Of a stretch of 64,000 bases of DNA, positions 37,229-48,756 are shown piece after piece (position 1 is the stretch's first letter; every line of letters starts with the position of its first letter). The position numbers and the translations under genes were made by a program. The stretch spans positions 4,464,001-4,528,000 of the forward strand of contig CP089276.1 in assembly GCA_023920165.1 (NCBI GenBank), given 5' to 3'. Under the pieces are notes generated by a model. The model had not been told where the DNA came from. It saw only the letters and a list, made by a program, of their open reading frames with translations, and did no database searches. The DNA comes from Curvularia clavata. Taxonomy: Eukaryota.

Positions 37229-38434
37229 CTAATCCGATGCATACCCTCCCTCACTCTTACATTCAACCTGCACAATCTCCGTCTTGCCCTCACCATCCAC
37301 CACAAGCGCAGTAAGCTTGCCTCCACTCACGCATCCCGTATCCAATCCGAACGAATAATTACGCACATTAAGCCCCTTTTTCCTATTATGTCCATAGATG
37401 ACGGTAGTCCTATCCTTCTCCTTCATTTTTTCTTGGCGATGGTTCCAGAACTTTTCCCAAGGTGTACCGTCATGTTTAGACGAGGGAATCCGTGTCTTGA
37501 GATCGATGGAGCGCATATTCATGACGTGAAAGGGGTCCTGGTGCTCAAGCGGGGTATCTGGTACGAGGCCTGCGTGCACCGTGACCAGATTGCCGAGGGT
37601 AGGTACAGTGCCTACGCGCAGGATAACGGGGCACTGGCGGAGATAGTCGATTTGGCCCTTTGTGAATTGCTTGGCTAGTTTGCGTAGCTTTGCGTTGCCA
37701 TGGGCTGCCGTGGCTTCGCCGACGAAATCGATTTTGGTGTCGGGAGAAGCATTGGCGTCGGCGGGAATAAGGACTTTGCGGTCCTGCGCTTCGGCGATGG
37801 AGAGTAAGAGTTTGTCTTCCCAGTTTCCCCGTACGCATGAGGCTCCCACTTTTTGTGCTAGGTGGATGACGCCGGCAGAGTCGGGACCCTTGGCGATCAT
37901 ATCGCCCGTCAGGACGAGGTGGTCGTGCTTGTGGTCAAAGGCCACCTTTTCGAGAAGACGCTGGAGCTCATCGCGGCAGCCGTGAACGTCACCGACAAAG
38001 ACGAGGCGCTTGTTTTCCTTGGGGAGGTGCTGCTCGTCCATATCCATGACATGTATCATGCCTTTGAATTCCGGGCGCACATGGCTGCCGTAGTTCATTG
38101 TCGGCGTGGTGTCCATCAGACGCAGTTCCTCTCTGAATGCAGCGCGGCGCGGCCCAAAGTATGTCCACCAGCTCACAATGGCCAGGATGAAGACGAGTAT
38201 GTATGCGACACAGTGGCGCTTGATGCGGCGAGGAATTCGGTCGGTGGTGCGCAGTAGAGCAGCGTGGAACTTGGGCGGGAGGAAGAAGTCGTCGTCACGA
38301 GCGTAGAAGCCGTCTTCTTCATCTGAAACATCAAGATCGTCGCGATAGTCTGGTATCTGTTCGATGAGGGGCCGCGGCCGGGTTGGCGGATATACATGTG
38401 GGTAGTCGCGGTACGTCATAGGGCCGGTGGACAT
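37229..38434 (-). CDS. calcineurin-like metallophosphoesterase with N-terminal TM anchor (Ppn2/YNL217W-like)
   Basis: VGDVHG, TGDMIAKGPDS, RGNWE, VHAGL, YGHN and LDTGCV motifs, with one TM helix. Confidence 0.9.
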   Translation of the reverse strand: MSTGPMTYRDYPHVYPPTRPRPLIEQIPDYRDDLDVSDEEDGFYARDDDFFLPPKFHAALLRTTDRIPRRIKRHCVAYILVFILAIVSWWTYFGPRRAAFREELRLMDTTPTMNYGSHVRPEFKGMIHVMDMDEQHLPKENKRLVFVGDVHGCRDELQRLLEKVAFDHKHDHLVLTGDMIAKGPDSAGVIHLAQKVGASCVRGNWEDKLLLSIAEAQDRKVLIPADANASPDTKIDFVGEATAAHGNAKLRKLAKQFTKGQIDYLRQCPVILRVGTVPTLGNLVTVHAGLVPDTPLEHQDPFHVMNMRSIDLKTRIPSSKHDGTPWEKFWNHRQEKMKEKDRTTVIYGHNRKKGLNVRNYSFGLDTGCVSGGKLTALVVDGEGKTEIVQVECKSEGGYASD

Positions 38435-39078
38435 GCGAGATGGCGTGGTACAGGTCTCGCGATGCCTTTGTGTGAATCAAGGGAAGACGCGGCCTATCCG
38501 AATAGGGCGGTGCTGATGCTGGATGCAAAGACGGTGGATTATGCGCGCCTGGCGACTGTGATGGACGGTGTGGTAGGGCGTGTAGCCTGGAGCCTGGGGT
38601 GGCGGTGTGCTGAGAGAAGAAGAATGGATGGCTGGATAGACTGAAACCCGGTCGCAGGCTCCATGACGGAGGGCGAGGAAAGGGAGATAAAAAAAGAGCG
38701 CGCCTACTGTTTCGCGTCGTCGTCAGTCGCTTCTAGCCTGCTTTTGCTCGCTGCCCCCAGTGTCGATCCCCTATCGGCTCCTATCTTGGTACTAAACGGT
38801 CGTGGCGCCGCTAAATTCAGGGTGCATACATGTATGCGTCCCTGCTTTAGCTGGCCGTGGCGGTGCCGTGGCGTTATTCATTGAGAGAATACGTAACTTG
38901 CATTGCATTCGAATTGCTAGCAGCATGTCCTCCTCGGGGGGGAGTGTTTGTGTGTGCATATGGGTGCGTCCCAATGCAGCCTAGCGCACCCTGACAATCA
39001 CCCTACGTCATGCTCGTTCTCATGCCAACTTGCTGCCTGTTCACCCTACTCGATCCCCGTCTACCCATATCATCACCT

Positions 39079-39772
39079 ATGTTGCGCCTCAGAAAGCCCA
39101 AGCCGCTCAAAATCGTTGTGTTGGGCCAGACCTGGGTGGGAAAGACATGTTTCATCGACATGGTAACCACCGCTTTTCATTTCCCTGACGCACTGCACAA
39201 CACCATTTGACCCAGTCCCCCAGTTCCTCGAAGGCAAGCACTTCATCAACCACTCTGCCGTTAGCCCTGAGCTCAAGTCCCGCACCATCTCCCACGCCGG
39301 CGACACCTGGTCCCTTTCCTTCATGGACATTGATATCTACGGCTCCATTGCTCCCTTTTACTACAAGGTACTCAACACCTACCTCACAGATGCCGACGGA
39401 ATTGTTCTTCTCTACGACATAACCTTGGACTACTCCTTTTCCAGTCTAATCGACGACTACTATTTGCATGCATGGACATACCGCAACCTCCTGTTTCCTA
39501 ATGCCTCCCAAACCAACACGCCAATGACCACCAAAGAGCGCTTCGGATGTGTCCTTGTCGGCAACAAGCGCGACACTATTGTTGGCGAAGATGCAGCAAA
39601 GAGACAAGTCTGCACCGAAATGGCCGAACAGTGGGCGGCTAGCCAGGGCATGAGGCATTTTGAAATCAGCGCCAACGAGCGTGCCCAAGTCGACGACGTA
39701 GTCAGGGCACTAATAGATAGCATACTCCGAGCGCGGCGTATGAACGAGAAAGACAAAGCGCAAGCTGTGTGA
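39079..39772 (+). CDS. atypical Ras-superfamily small GTPase; intron 39163-39223
   Basis: KIVVLGQTWVGKT (G1), DIYG (G3), ADGIVLLYDIT, LVGNKRD (G4), FEISA (G5). Splicing keeps the frame. Confidence 0.85.
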
Positions 39773-40242
39773 AAGAAGACGTGACGTCTGCCATCGGATT
39801 GCATAGGCGCAAGCACTAGAACATGCGCTCTACGAAGATGACAATGTGATACAACGACTGGTGTTGCCTGACTGATCTGATGACGCGGCGTCGCCGCCAG
39901 ACTCGTTAGCACACCATCCTAGTTCTACACCACTATACCGTTTTTTGTTCTGAGCCACGTACTCAGCCAGCTCCTGAGAGATGGCGCCATCTCAGTAGAC
40001 CAATGGCTGCAACAAGGTTCTTTGACCATGAACTAGAAGCTCCGACTATCGATTGGAGAACCTCTCAGAATATAGACGCTACAAATCGTCCCAGGTTCGG
40101 GCAAGGTTCACTGTAATTGCCAAACTACAATAGAAGAATGAAAAAAAGGGTAGATTCTAGGCCCAGGATATCAATATCGTTGCAATCATAACCACGTACT
40201 CTCGTATAGAACCAGTTGGCCTCTTGGAAATGCTTCTACACA

Positions 40243-42405
40243 TCAATCCCTGCCCAAGGGCCGCCAGTCGAAAAGATCTCCTGCTTCAGTACTCCAAGGC
40301 CCAACATCCACATCCTCCACCGGACTGTCCAATTCCACTTCTCCTTCTTCTGCTTCCACACCAGCCAGCAGCGCCACATTTGTCTCTATCTCTAGTCTCT
40401 GCATCCGCTTGAACTTGCGCCGCGGATCTGTTCTTTTGATGAGGGCGTCTAGTCCACTGTCCTTTTTCTTCTTCTTGGTTACTGCTCTATCGGCCATCGC
40501 TGGCTCACTGACACTCTCTCGAACGGGGCTGGTACTAGGCTTTGACAGGCTGTCCCTTTCCTGCTCTTCTGCAGCACCGGCGTCGTTCTCACTTCTCACT
40601 CGTCTGAAACTCCGGTTGGGCGGTTTCCCACCATGACCCGCATCTTCCTCGTCTTCAATAGGGTCCACAGGTACTTTGGCGAGACTCCTCGATTTCCGGA
40701 AACCCGTAGAAGCAGTCATTTTCCGAGACTTTGGTAACGTTTGTAATGGTGTCTCCGAGGCTTCGCTGCGTGTCGGAGACACATCTCTTGATGCTGGTAT
40801 GTCTGGATCCAACACTGGAGGCGAGGCCCTCGATGCTCTCTCTCGTTCTTCTGCTTTCCTCCTAGCAGGCCTTTTGTGATTTGTCCCTTCAGTCAGATGT
40901 GCTTTCGGGTCGGCAGATGGACGTCCAGTGATTTTTTCCTGCAAAGGAATCTTGCTGGCTGTTTTCTTAAAGGGAGATCTGGCCATTGAGACAGCATCGA
41001 CAGGAGGGGATGATGCCATGTGAGAGTGCACGGGTGACGAAGCAACTAATAATTGCTGATCCATGTGTCCGTGAACAATTTCTGGATCTTCCTGGAGAAT
41101 GGGCGACGGGAGAGCTGGAGACTTTGACATTCTCATTCTCTTTGGCGCATCGTCAGTTGAGTCCGCAAGTATGCGCTTGGTCCTTGGTAGCCTTTTTGAA
41201 GGGTTAGATATACGATCTTTCTGTCCAATACCAGGTAATGTCTCCTGTTCTTGTACAACACGGGAAGCTGTACGACCAGCTTTCGCGCTTTCTGATGGCA
41301 GGGCCTGGCACAACAGCTTCCCACGCTTCACACCGGTAGCGAGTCGGAGGCATTTGGTCTTGCGGGCCGGAGGCGAGGAGGGCGCTGGCGGTGGAGAGGA
41401 TTCTTTACGGGGCAATTTGGCTGGCTGCAATGCAAACTCGATGTTGCTCAAGCGATTCGAGACACTGACTGGAGGTGAGGAAGGTGGAGCTGGTTGCCGA
41501 GGAGTCTCCAAAGCGCGAACACTAGGTACTGGCACTTTGCCTCTAGGTATCTTTGGAGTCTGTGCTGGAGGCTGACCAGCGACGACTGTCTTAGCCTTCT
41601 GCCTCTCTTGCCTCTTCTTGGTAATCTGGGGCGGCGTACTTGGGAGCGTGACGTCGGAGAGGATTGGTGGGTGAAGATCAGGCTCTGAGTCTAGCGTGAT
41701 GACAGTAGCTGCAGGGGGTATGAAGCTTGGTGGCTGTCGAGCCTTGTGGGTGCCCGTAGTCTTTGTCAATGTCGACAGTTTTTCTTGTTTCCGAAGACCC
41801 TCGTCGTCGTGGCCCGTCTTTTGTCTCTTTGCAGCCCGCTCTTGGACCAGTTCATTTTCTCTCTCCTTCTCCTTGCGAACCTCGTATGGCGATCTTATAG
41901 GCTGGGCCTTTCCGATAGGGCCTTTTGGGGTTCCAAGGATGATATTGAGCGATTTGTGGCGCAAATGGGTGCCGGAGGTTTGTGCATTTGATGGCGCCAC
42001 AGAGGACGGTCGTTGGAAGGGTTTAGTCTGCGAGTGCGCACTTGGGCCAGGTGGGGCATCTTTGGTCTTCTTGGACAGGAGTGAGGTCAGGTCGGTATGA
42101 GATATGCCCACGGGCTCCGAAACCTCGACAAGAAGGCCGTTGTTCAAGGCCAGCTCGTCGCCTTCGTGCAGCTCGTCGCTGTCTTTATGGTAGGTATCGC
42201 CGAGGAAGGTCCGGGCCAGGTCGTAGACCATGACGCGGTTGTTGAACGAGTGGAACTTGAGAAAGCCATCGTGCCATCGCTTCTGCTTCCGGCGGACGTC
42301 GTGGGTGAAGAGGCAGCGAAACTCTGCGACGGGCGCCGTGTTCTGCGAGGCGGCGATGGCAGCGATGGCGGAGGCGTGCTGGTTGCTGCGGAGCGGAGCC
42401 GTCAT
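40243..42405 (-). CDS. DUF2439 (Mte1/Dbl2/ZGRF1-like N-terminal domain) protein
   Basis: EFRCLFTHDVRRKQKRWHDGFLKFHSFNNRVMVYD…EGDEL…LLVEV, followed by a long disordered region. The first in-frame ATG is at 42405. Confidence 0.85.
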   Translation of the reverse strand: MTAPLRSNQHASAIAAIAASQNTAPVAEFRCLFTHDVRRKQKRWHDGFLKFHSFNNRVMVYDLARTFLGDTYHKDSDELHEGDELALNNGLLVEVSEPVGISHTDLTSLLSKKTKDAPPGPSAHSQTKPFQRPSSVAPSNAQTSGTHLRHKSLNIILGTPKGPIGKAQPIRSPYEVRKEKERENELVQERAAKRQKTGHDDEGLRKQEKLSTLTKTTGTHKARQPPSFIPPAATVITLDSEPDLHPPILSDVTLPSTPPQITKKRQERQKAKTVVAGQPPAQTPKIPRGKVPVPSVRALETPRQPAPPSSPPVSVSNRLSNIEFALQPAKLPRKESSPPPAPSSPPARKTKCLRLATGVKRGKLLCQALPSESAKAGRTASRVVQEQETLPGIGQKDRISNPSKRLPRTKRILADSTDDAPKRMRMSKSPALPSPILQEDPEIVHGHMDQQLLVASSPVHSHMASSPPVDAVSMARSPFKKTASKIPLQEKITGRPSADPKAHLTEGTNHKRPARRKAEERERASRASPPVLDPDIPASRDVSPTRSEASETPLQTLPKSRKMTASTGFRKSRSLAKVPVDPIEDEEDAGHGGKPPNRSFRRVRSENDAGAAEEQERDSLSKPSTSPVRESVSEPAMADRAVTKKKKKDSGLDALIKRTDPRRKFKRMQRLEIETNVALLAGVEAEEGEVELDSPVEDVDVGPWSTEAGDLFDWRPLGRD

Positions 42406-42906
42406 GGCACGGGCAGTTGGGCAGGGCGCGTGGCAGGGCGTGTGTAGCACGACATGGAGGCGGGGGTTGCTGAGCAGCGTCGAGTGAAGTCGAGCCAAGG
42501 CATCATGACGCGGCGCGTGGTCGACTTGTCCGCGCGCTCACGTGACTTAGCGTGGCTCGCTGCGGGCTTTCACCGGTTGAGCACCGGGGGCACGAAAGCG
42601 TCTGGCCGTCTTTTCCACTTCAGTCATGCCACGTCTTTTCCGGGGTCCTGTGCCTGTGGAGCTGGGGCCGAGCTGGCCGAGTTGGGCTGAGCTGAGCTGG
42701 GCTGAGCGTATTATGCAGCGCAACGCAATGCAATTCAATCGCGGGGCCGCCGTCTCCCATTCTCCTCCATCTCAGGCGCACAGCCACCGCTAGTCAGCCT
42801 GCCACCACCGCCCTCTCCGCTGCTCGCCGCCAGCCATCTGCACCTCTGCATTCCTCTCTGCCCCCCTCGCATTGCCTGGCACGCAATTGCCCACGCCCTC
42901 TTCACC

Positions 42907-44614
42907 ATGCAGCGCATGCAGAGAATCACGGGCCGCTTCTTGACGCGGACGCCCAACGAGGCCGATGTCGAGGCCATGCTCAAGGACTTTGACGACTCCA
43001 AGGTTATGCTGGAAAAGGTGCGTCTCCTCTGACTGTGGCTTGCCGCCTCAAGCTACCTGGCCATGCCATGTGAACATGTGGGGTCGTCGCGAGACATGCC
43101 ACCCATACCGACCCTCCAACTGCACAATCCACCCTTTGCTTGCTGTCGCTTGCTGGCCTCGACAACCTTACTTCTGTGCCCTACCAATCCTGTGCCTGAC
43201 TAACAATCCCTAAGCTCGAGGCCTCGGCCAAGCAATGGAGAGACGCGTGGACCAACATTCTCAACCACCAGCTATCTTCAGTCGAGCTGCTCTACACCAT
43301 CTTCAAACCCCTCGGCGGCGAAGGCAGCTCCAGCACCCATGTCCATGCCGAAACGCCAGCTGCTGTCTTGGAGCGCGTCCATGGACTCCAGGATGCCTTT
43401 GCCGAACTCAAGACGGACATGATGGAAGAAGTAAAGGACATTGACCGGAAACTCGTTATACCCGCAAAGCTTGCCCGTGATGCCCTGAAGCCCATGGAAA
43501 AGACCATCAAGAAGCGCGAAGATGCAAAGGTTTGACAGGCCCACCATTGCGTGGCCCATGATGCTAACTCTCCCCACAGGTTGATTACGAACGCTACAAG
43601 AGCCGCTGCGAAGCTCTCCAGGGCAAGAAGACACGCTCCGAGCGCGAGAACAGTGCCCTCGCCAAACACGAAGTCGATCTTGAGCGCTCTACTCATGCAT
43701 ACCAACTCGCTGACGAGAACCTCCGTGAGCGTCTACCGCGCTTGAATGCTGCCACCTTTTCCATCCTACCCCACCTTCTAGCCAACCAGATTGTGCTACA
43801 AAACAATCTGATTGGAAACTTGTACACAGTCCTGCAACAATACTCGCATGAGCAAGGCTATCCAGACCCCCCACCAGAGCCCGAGGAGGTGATTCCGCTA
43901 TGGGACTCGAGCTTCACACCACTGCGCAAGGAGATGGAGTCGAGCCTTGGTTTACTCAAAACAGGCAAGGCGGTTCATATGCCCATGCGGTTGCCGGACA
44001 AAGGAGAGACACTGACCGGTCTGGGAATAAGGAACAAGGTCTTGCCCAGCCGGAGAGCCAGCAGTAATGACAGCGTGCCCACCATTAGCGGAGGCGGGAG
44101 ACCGGCGCGGCCGACACAGACCCTGTCTTCAACCTCTGAAAGTGGCCCGCCCGTGAATCTTGCCAACAAGCCTTCGTACAGTTCTCTCAGTGCTACCAAG
44201 CCCAAGATTTCCAGTTCACCTCACCTCAGCGCGGGTCAGGACATGTATGGTCGCCGTTTGTCGTCCACATCACAGGCTTCTTCATATTCAAACGGAACCA
44301 ACGGCGACGGTTACTTCAATAGAGTTCCGTCAGCCAATTCCAATGGATCAACTCCAAGTGGATATCCGACCTCGCCGAATCCCGCAGCCGGAAAGAAGAA
44401 GCCACCTCCACCTCCTCCACCAAAGAAGATAGGATCTTTCCAGTCAGAGTATGTGACTGCCATGTACGATTTCGACAGCCTCACGCCTGGCGATTTGTCC
44501 TTCAGAGAAGGCGATCGGATCAGAGTTATCAAGAAGACGCAGAGCTCCCAGGATTGGTGGGAGGGTGAGGTCCACGGGCAAAAGGGCAGTTTCCCTGCAA
44601 ATTACTGCAAATGA
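42907..44614 (+). CDS. BAR + SH3 domain protein (amphiphysin/Rvs167-like); 2 introns
   Basis: Helical BAR region (KTIKKREDAK-VDYERY), a polyproline tract, and a C-terminal SH3 (AMYDF…GDLSFREGDRI…DWWEG…GSFPANY). Confidence 0.9.
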
Positions 44615-45009
44615 GCGAGTGTTATGGAAAGTGGCAACATAGAGTCCGGACAAAATGGGATGAGAGAAATGATATCCAAAAATGCATTAGATGGAGGCGT
44701 TGGTGTGCTTGCATTCTGGGTATTTTTCAAGTCGAAAGAATATTGATTGCACGTTCTGCATGATCAGCAACATGTTTCATGGAGCTTTACAGGTGACGTC
44801 TCTGCAGGGCTGCTAGCCTCAGCTGCAAAGGTGGCTCAGCTTTGGCCCCTGCCCAGCCCCCGCCATCCCCTAGCCTTTAGCTCCCGCCTGCACATGCATG
44901 CTCTCACGCATGGAGACATCGTGACACTGCCACCCGCTGCGGCTTGCGACGGGCACATATAAGCCCTCGTCTCCACCTCTCATGACAGTGCACACCATTT
45001 TGCTCCGTT

Positions 45010-46224
45010 ATGGCTGAGAAGACACCCATTCAGGCAAACCACCAGAGCTTTCCACTTAAACCACCATTCTCACCACAGCCTATCCCACCAGATTCAACCT
45101 CAAATGCCCAGAATCCTCCGTCGCCATCTGGTACACAAGCCCAAAATGGAGCCACGGAGCCTCCCGGCGTCCACCAGCCATGTTCCAGTTTGTCGGCTCT
45201 CGACTCACTCCCCACGATAACCGGCAAAAGCGGGCACATCATTAGGCCCGAGGACGAGACCTCAGATTTCCTTGCCTTTGACTTGGACCTGTCTCGTCTG
45301 AACCGTATCCACGGCCACCTCTGGATGGCAGGCCGTCCGATGCGCGCCCGTCCCCTGCACCGGTATACCATGCTCGGCATGCAAATCATCCAGACGCAGC
45401 AGACGGACCTACACTTGCTCAAGTTCAGTTCCAAGCTACTGGTCAAGCCGCTACCTGAATGGATACTCTGCCACAAGTTCTGGACCGACTGGATCTGCAA
45501 AGGCGGCGATGGTGACGCCAAGCGAGAAGAAGGATGGCTGTGGAAGAGCGCAGCTGGCTTCCTGGTGAGCTATGTGTGGCTGGTTACTACACCCTTGGAT
45601 CTGAAGATTGCCCACGACTGCTCACTCCTACCATCTTTTGTTACGTGGCATTGGTGGAAGAGCTTTGTTCGCGATTTTATCCAGCATGTGGATATTGAGA
45701 CGCTGCATCAAGTCAATCCGAGATATCAGTTTGGCGACTTGCGGCTCGGTCGTATCAACACCATCTACCGCATCCGCTATGCACACACGCACTTTGTAAG
45801 GGGATATTTGTAAGTCGTTTATCTTCTGCTGAGTGGCCCTACGCCGTGGATTACTAACTCTGGTTTGTGCAGATATGGATACAATCGCTACGTCATCTTC
45901 TTCCAGCGGAAATTCTCATGGATCCTTATCGTCTTTGTCTTCTTCTCGCTCGTTTTGTCAGCCATGCAAGTTGGGTTTTCTTTCCCATCTGGATCCTATG
46001 CCTCTCTCGGTGACGACGAGGCGTTTGTTCGCGCATCTTATGTTTTTGTCGTGTTTAGCATGGTTAGCGTGCTTGTGGTGTTGGCTTTTGTCGTGGTAAT
46101 TTTTGTGTGGACGTTCACGTTCAATATGGTCATGGCAATTACGCATGCGAATGGCGAGCAGAAGAAGAGAAAGGAGTTGGCCGAGAAGAAGAGAAAGGAA
46201 GGAGAGAATGGAGGAGAGTCGTGA
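45010..46224 (+). CDS. DUF6601-type membrane protein; 1 intron
   Basis: LSRLNRIHGHLWMAGRP…RPLH…DLHL…KPLP…VNPRYQFGDLRLGRIN…VLSAMQVG motifs and two C-terminal TM helices. Confidence 0.8.
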
Positions 46225-46891
46225 TTATATGCTTGTAGGCAAAGAGCACATCCACGAACAGCGACCTGAAGCCAGCACGGGGGGTACAAAGAGGTATCTC
46301 ATCTTGTACAGTGCGAGCTGTCAAGTCAGCGAATCCCTGGTATAGTGCATGTAAATCTTGCGCTCAACCTTCGGTCGCCCTGGCGCGTTACACATTAACA
46401 AGCAACGCCCCTCCCCCACCATGCGCACATGACCGGAGCCTCCCCCGCAGTCTACCAAGTGCTATCCTCCGCACTACAAAGACACTTGGAGACTCGGATT
46501 AAAACGCCCATAAGACACGTGCGCGGCTTCGGTAATGTCTATTCCGAACACTATTACGGTTTCTGTTGTCTACCGTGTTCTTTTAATCTATCACGTTGGT
46601 GATCGCGTCGCGTACACCCCTGACGGTTAATATGGAAGACGGGATATTGAGGCGGAACTACGAGCGTCATGAGACGTTTGGCGGCAATGTTTAAAGAAAA
46701 GGACAGAATTCAAGAAATCGGCATGAATCAGGATATAAGCTGGTAGTGGCAAGGTTTTGAGGCGTCATTATCTACTTTTGTTCACAGCTTCATCCCATTG
46801 CAACGTTCAAGTATTTGTCGCATGTACTTTACCTTTTACGGATAACACAACTACCTCATTTCTCCAAGCACAGAAGAAAAAAAAGAACAAA

Positions 46892-47551
46892 ATGAGGCTC
46901 TTGCTCCCTCTCCTCTCTCCTCTCCTCCTCTCCGTTTCAGCCTCCACCTCCGCAGAACCACAAGACGCATCCTCATCCACACCCGCCGATGAGCCCACAC
47001 CCGTCGGCGCCCTATGGGCCGCAAAATGGAACGCGACGACACTAGCACCATACACGCAGCACTGCCATGCCAAGAGCAGCTACTCCGCCAAAATCTACAA
47101 ACTCAACGAGCTATACCCAGACCTAGCCGAGCAAGCACCTCAGCTCAAAGTCTTCTACAACAGACAGCTCTACGCCGGCTCATGGGACGGCATCGATGTG
47201 CACGGCACGGGTCGCGAACTCATGGTCATGTCGGTTGCTGACCTGCCGTACAAAGTGCGCGAATGGCTCAAAAAGGAAAGCACGCAGCGTCATTACAGTG
47301 TGCAGGATGACTTGGTGTTTTTCGCTCCGGGGGCTATTTATCCCATCTTGCCGCTTTGGGTCGAGGAGGCAGAGGATGCGGCGGGGCCGGAGTGTGAAGG
47401 CGTGTTTGAGAGCTTGGAGGCGTATGCGAATGAGCCAGAGGATGGGAAGGTGATTGGCAAGGTCAGGCATGAGATGTTGGGAGGGAAGGATGTCAAGTTT
47501 ACCGTGGAGGCGCTGAAGGTTACGGCGAAGGAGGGGAGGGATGAGCTGTAG
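46892..47551 (+). CDS. uncharacterised ER-lumen protein (signal peptide, C-terminal RDEL)
   Basis: MRLLLPLLSPLLLSVSAS N-terminus; the protein ends …EGRDEL*. Confidence 0.8.
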   Translation: MRLLLPLLSPLLLSVSASTSAEPQDASSSTPADEPTPVGALWAAKWNATTLAPYTQHCHAKSSYSAKIYKLNELYPDLAEQAPQLKVFYNRQLYAGSWDGIDVHGTGRELMVMSVADLPYKVREWLKKESTQRHYSVQDDLVFFAPGAIYPILPLWVEEAEDAAGPECEGVFESLEAYANEPEDGKVIGKVRHEMLGGKDVKFTVEALKVTAKEGRDEL

Positions 47552-47934
47552 GTGGTTGTGGGAGAGAGATGGGTATAGATTTGTTTTCTTTTGTGAGGGT
47601 GCATATGGCGTTCTAGATTAAGGTTCTATGCTAAGACGATGCATTGTTAGGATGATGTCAACATGAATTAGAATATTATTCATCGATGAGCGCTGTTAGG
47701 CCTAGCGGTTGTGAATGATAACACATGTCTGCTGAGAAAGAATCGGGTTTGAGTCCGGAAGGCTCTAGCTGGGACACTGAAATCTGCAATGAGAAGCATG
47801 GCCTTTGGTATTATGTCAAGTCCGAGGCTGGACTTTCTGCTACTGTCTGTAGTGAAGCTACGAGATCAATTCGCCCCCGTCTCTTCATCACATTAACCTA
47901 GATCAATCGAAAAGAATGAATGAGGGATGCCCGC

Positions 47935-48756
47935 TCAAGCCAAATCACCGCGACCATCATCACGACTTGACTGCTCCTTCTCCACGGCCTTTACCTCTCT
48001 TTCATGCCGCCTCCTCACAAGTCTCAACATGATTGTATTATACAGCAGAAACAGTGCGGCGGCGACAACACTACACGCCGCCGTAACGATAATAGTCACC
48101 CTTGCCGTAACACTGTACTGACCGTCCTGAGCCGAATACACATTAATAATAGTCGAAATGAGACCCGCAATGCTGTTCAGGAGTGCAGGTAGAAAGATTC
48201 TGTGGATAACCCAGACATAGTTTTTGCGGTGTTGCCACCACAGCCACAGGCATCCCGCGACGCCGATGCCACACGCAAAAGCAGCGACGTAGAGTAGGGG
48301 GATGTTTCGTACGGTGTGGAGAGCCGCGGCGCTGAAGCCGTTGTTGGGAGATTTGGACTCGGTGCGTTGTAGCTTGGTGAAGGTCGCGGGGAAGACAATG
48401 TAGCCGGCGAGCAGGAGCCAGACAAAGGCCGAGGAGAGCAAGTTATGGACTGGAGAGACGGAGTCAAGACCGAGCAGCATGTCGATGTAGCGTGTGCGTG
48501 CTGTGGTGCGGCGGCGCTCGAGACCTGGTCGTTGTGGTCGGTCGTTTTGGCCTGAGGATCGCGAGGGTGCGACATTGTCATTGCGTCTTGAAGATGTGCG
48601 AGTGGGTGGCGGTTGAGTAGGGACATGAGATGCTGGTATACTGCTGTCTCTGTAATCCTTTTCTCTCATGTTTTTGTGGCTATAATGGCTCGTTGCCGGT
48701 TCTGATACAGCAGGCAGTGCGCCTGTATCGTGTTTGGGTTTCGACGACGACTGCAT
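47935..48756 (-). CDS. uncharacterised 4-TM membrane protein
   Basis: WLLLAGYIVFPATF, WVIHRIFLPALLNSIAGLISTIINVY and four hydrophobic segments. Confidence 0.82.
   Translation of the reverse strand: MQSSSKPKHDTGALPAVSEPATSHYSHKNMREKDYRDSSIPASHVPTQPPPTRTSSRRNDNVAPSRSSGQNDRPQRPGLERRRTTARTRYIDMLLGLDSVSPVHNLLSSAFVWLLLAGYIVFPATFTKLQRTESKSPNNGFSAAALHTVRNIPLLYVAAFACGIGVAGCLWLWWQHRKNYVWVIHRIFLPALLNSIAGLISTIINVYSAQDGQYSVTARVTIIVTAACSVVAAALFLLYNTIMLRLVRRRHEREVKAVEKEQSSRDDGRGDLA

Noticed and set aside
47688..47766. tRNA-like segment (GGCCTAGCGGTT … GGGTTTGAGTCC, partial acceptor pairing)
   Set aside because: No anticodon stem, the T-loop lacks TTC, and the stems have mismatches. tRNAscan-SE would settle it.
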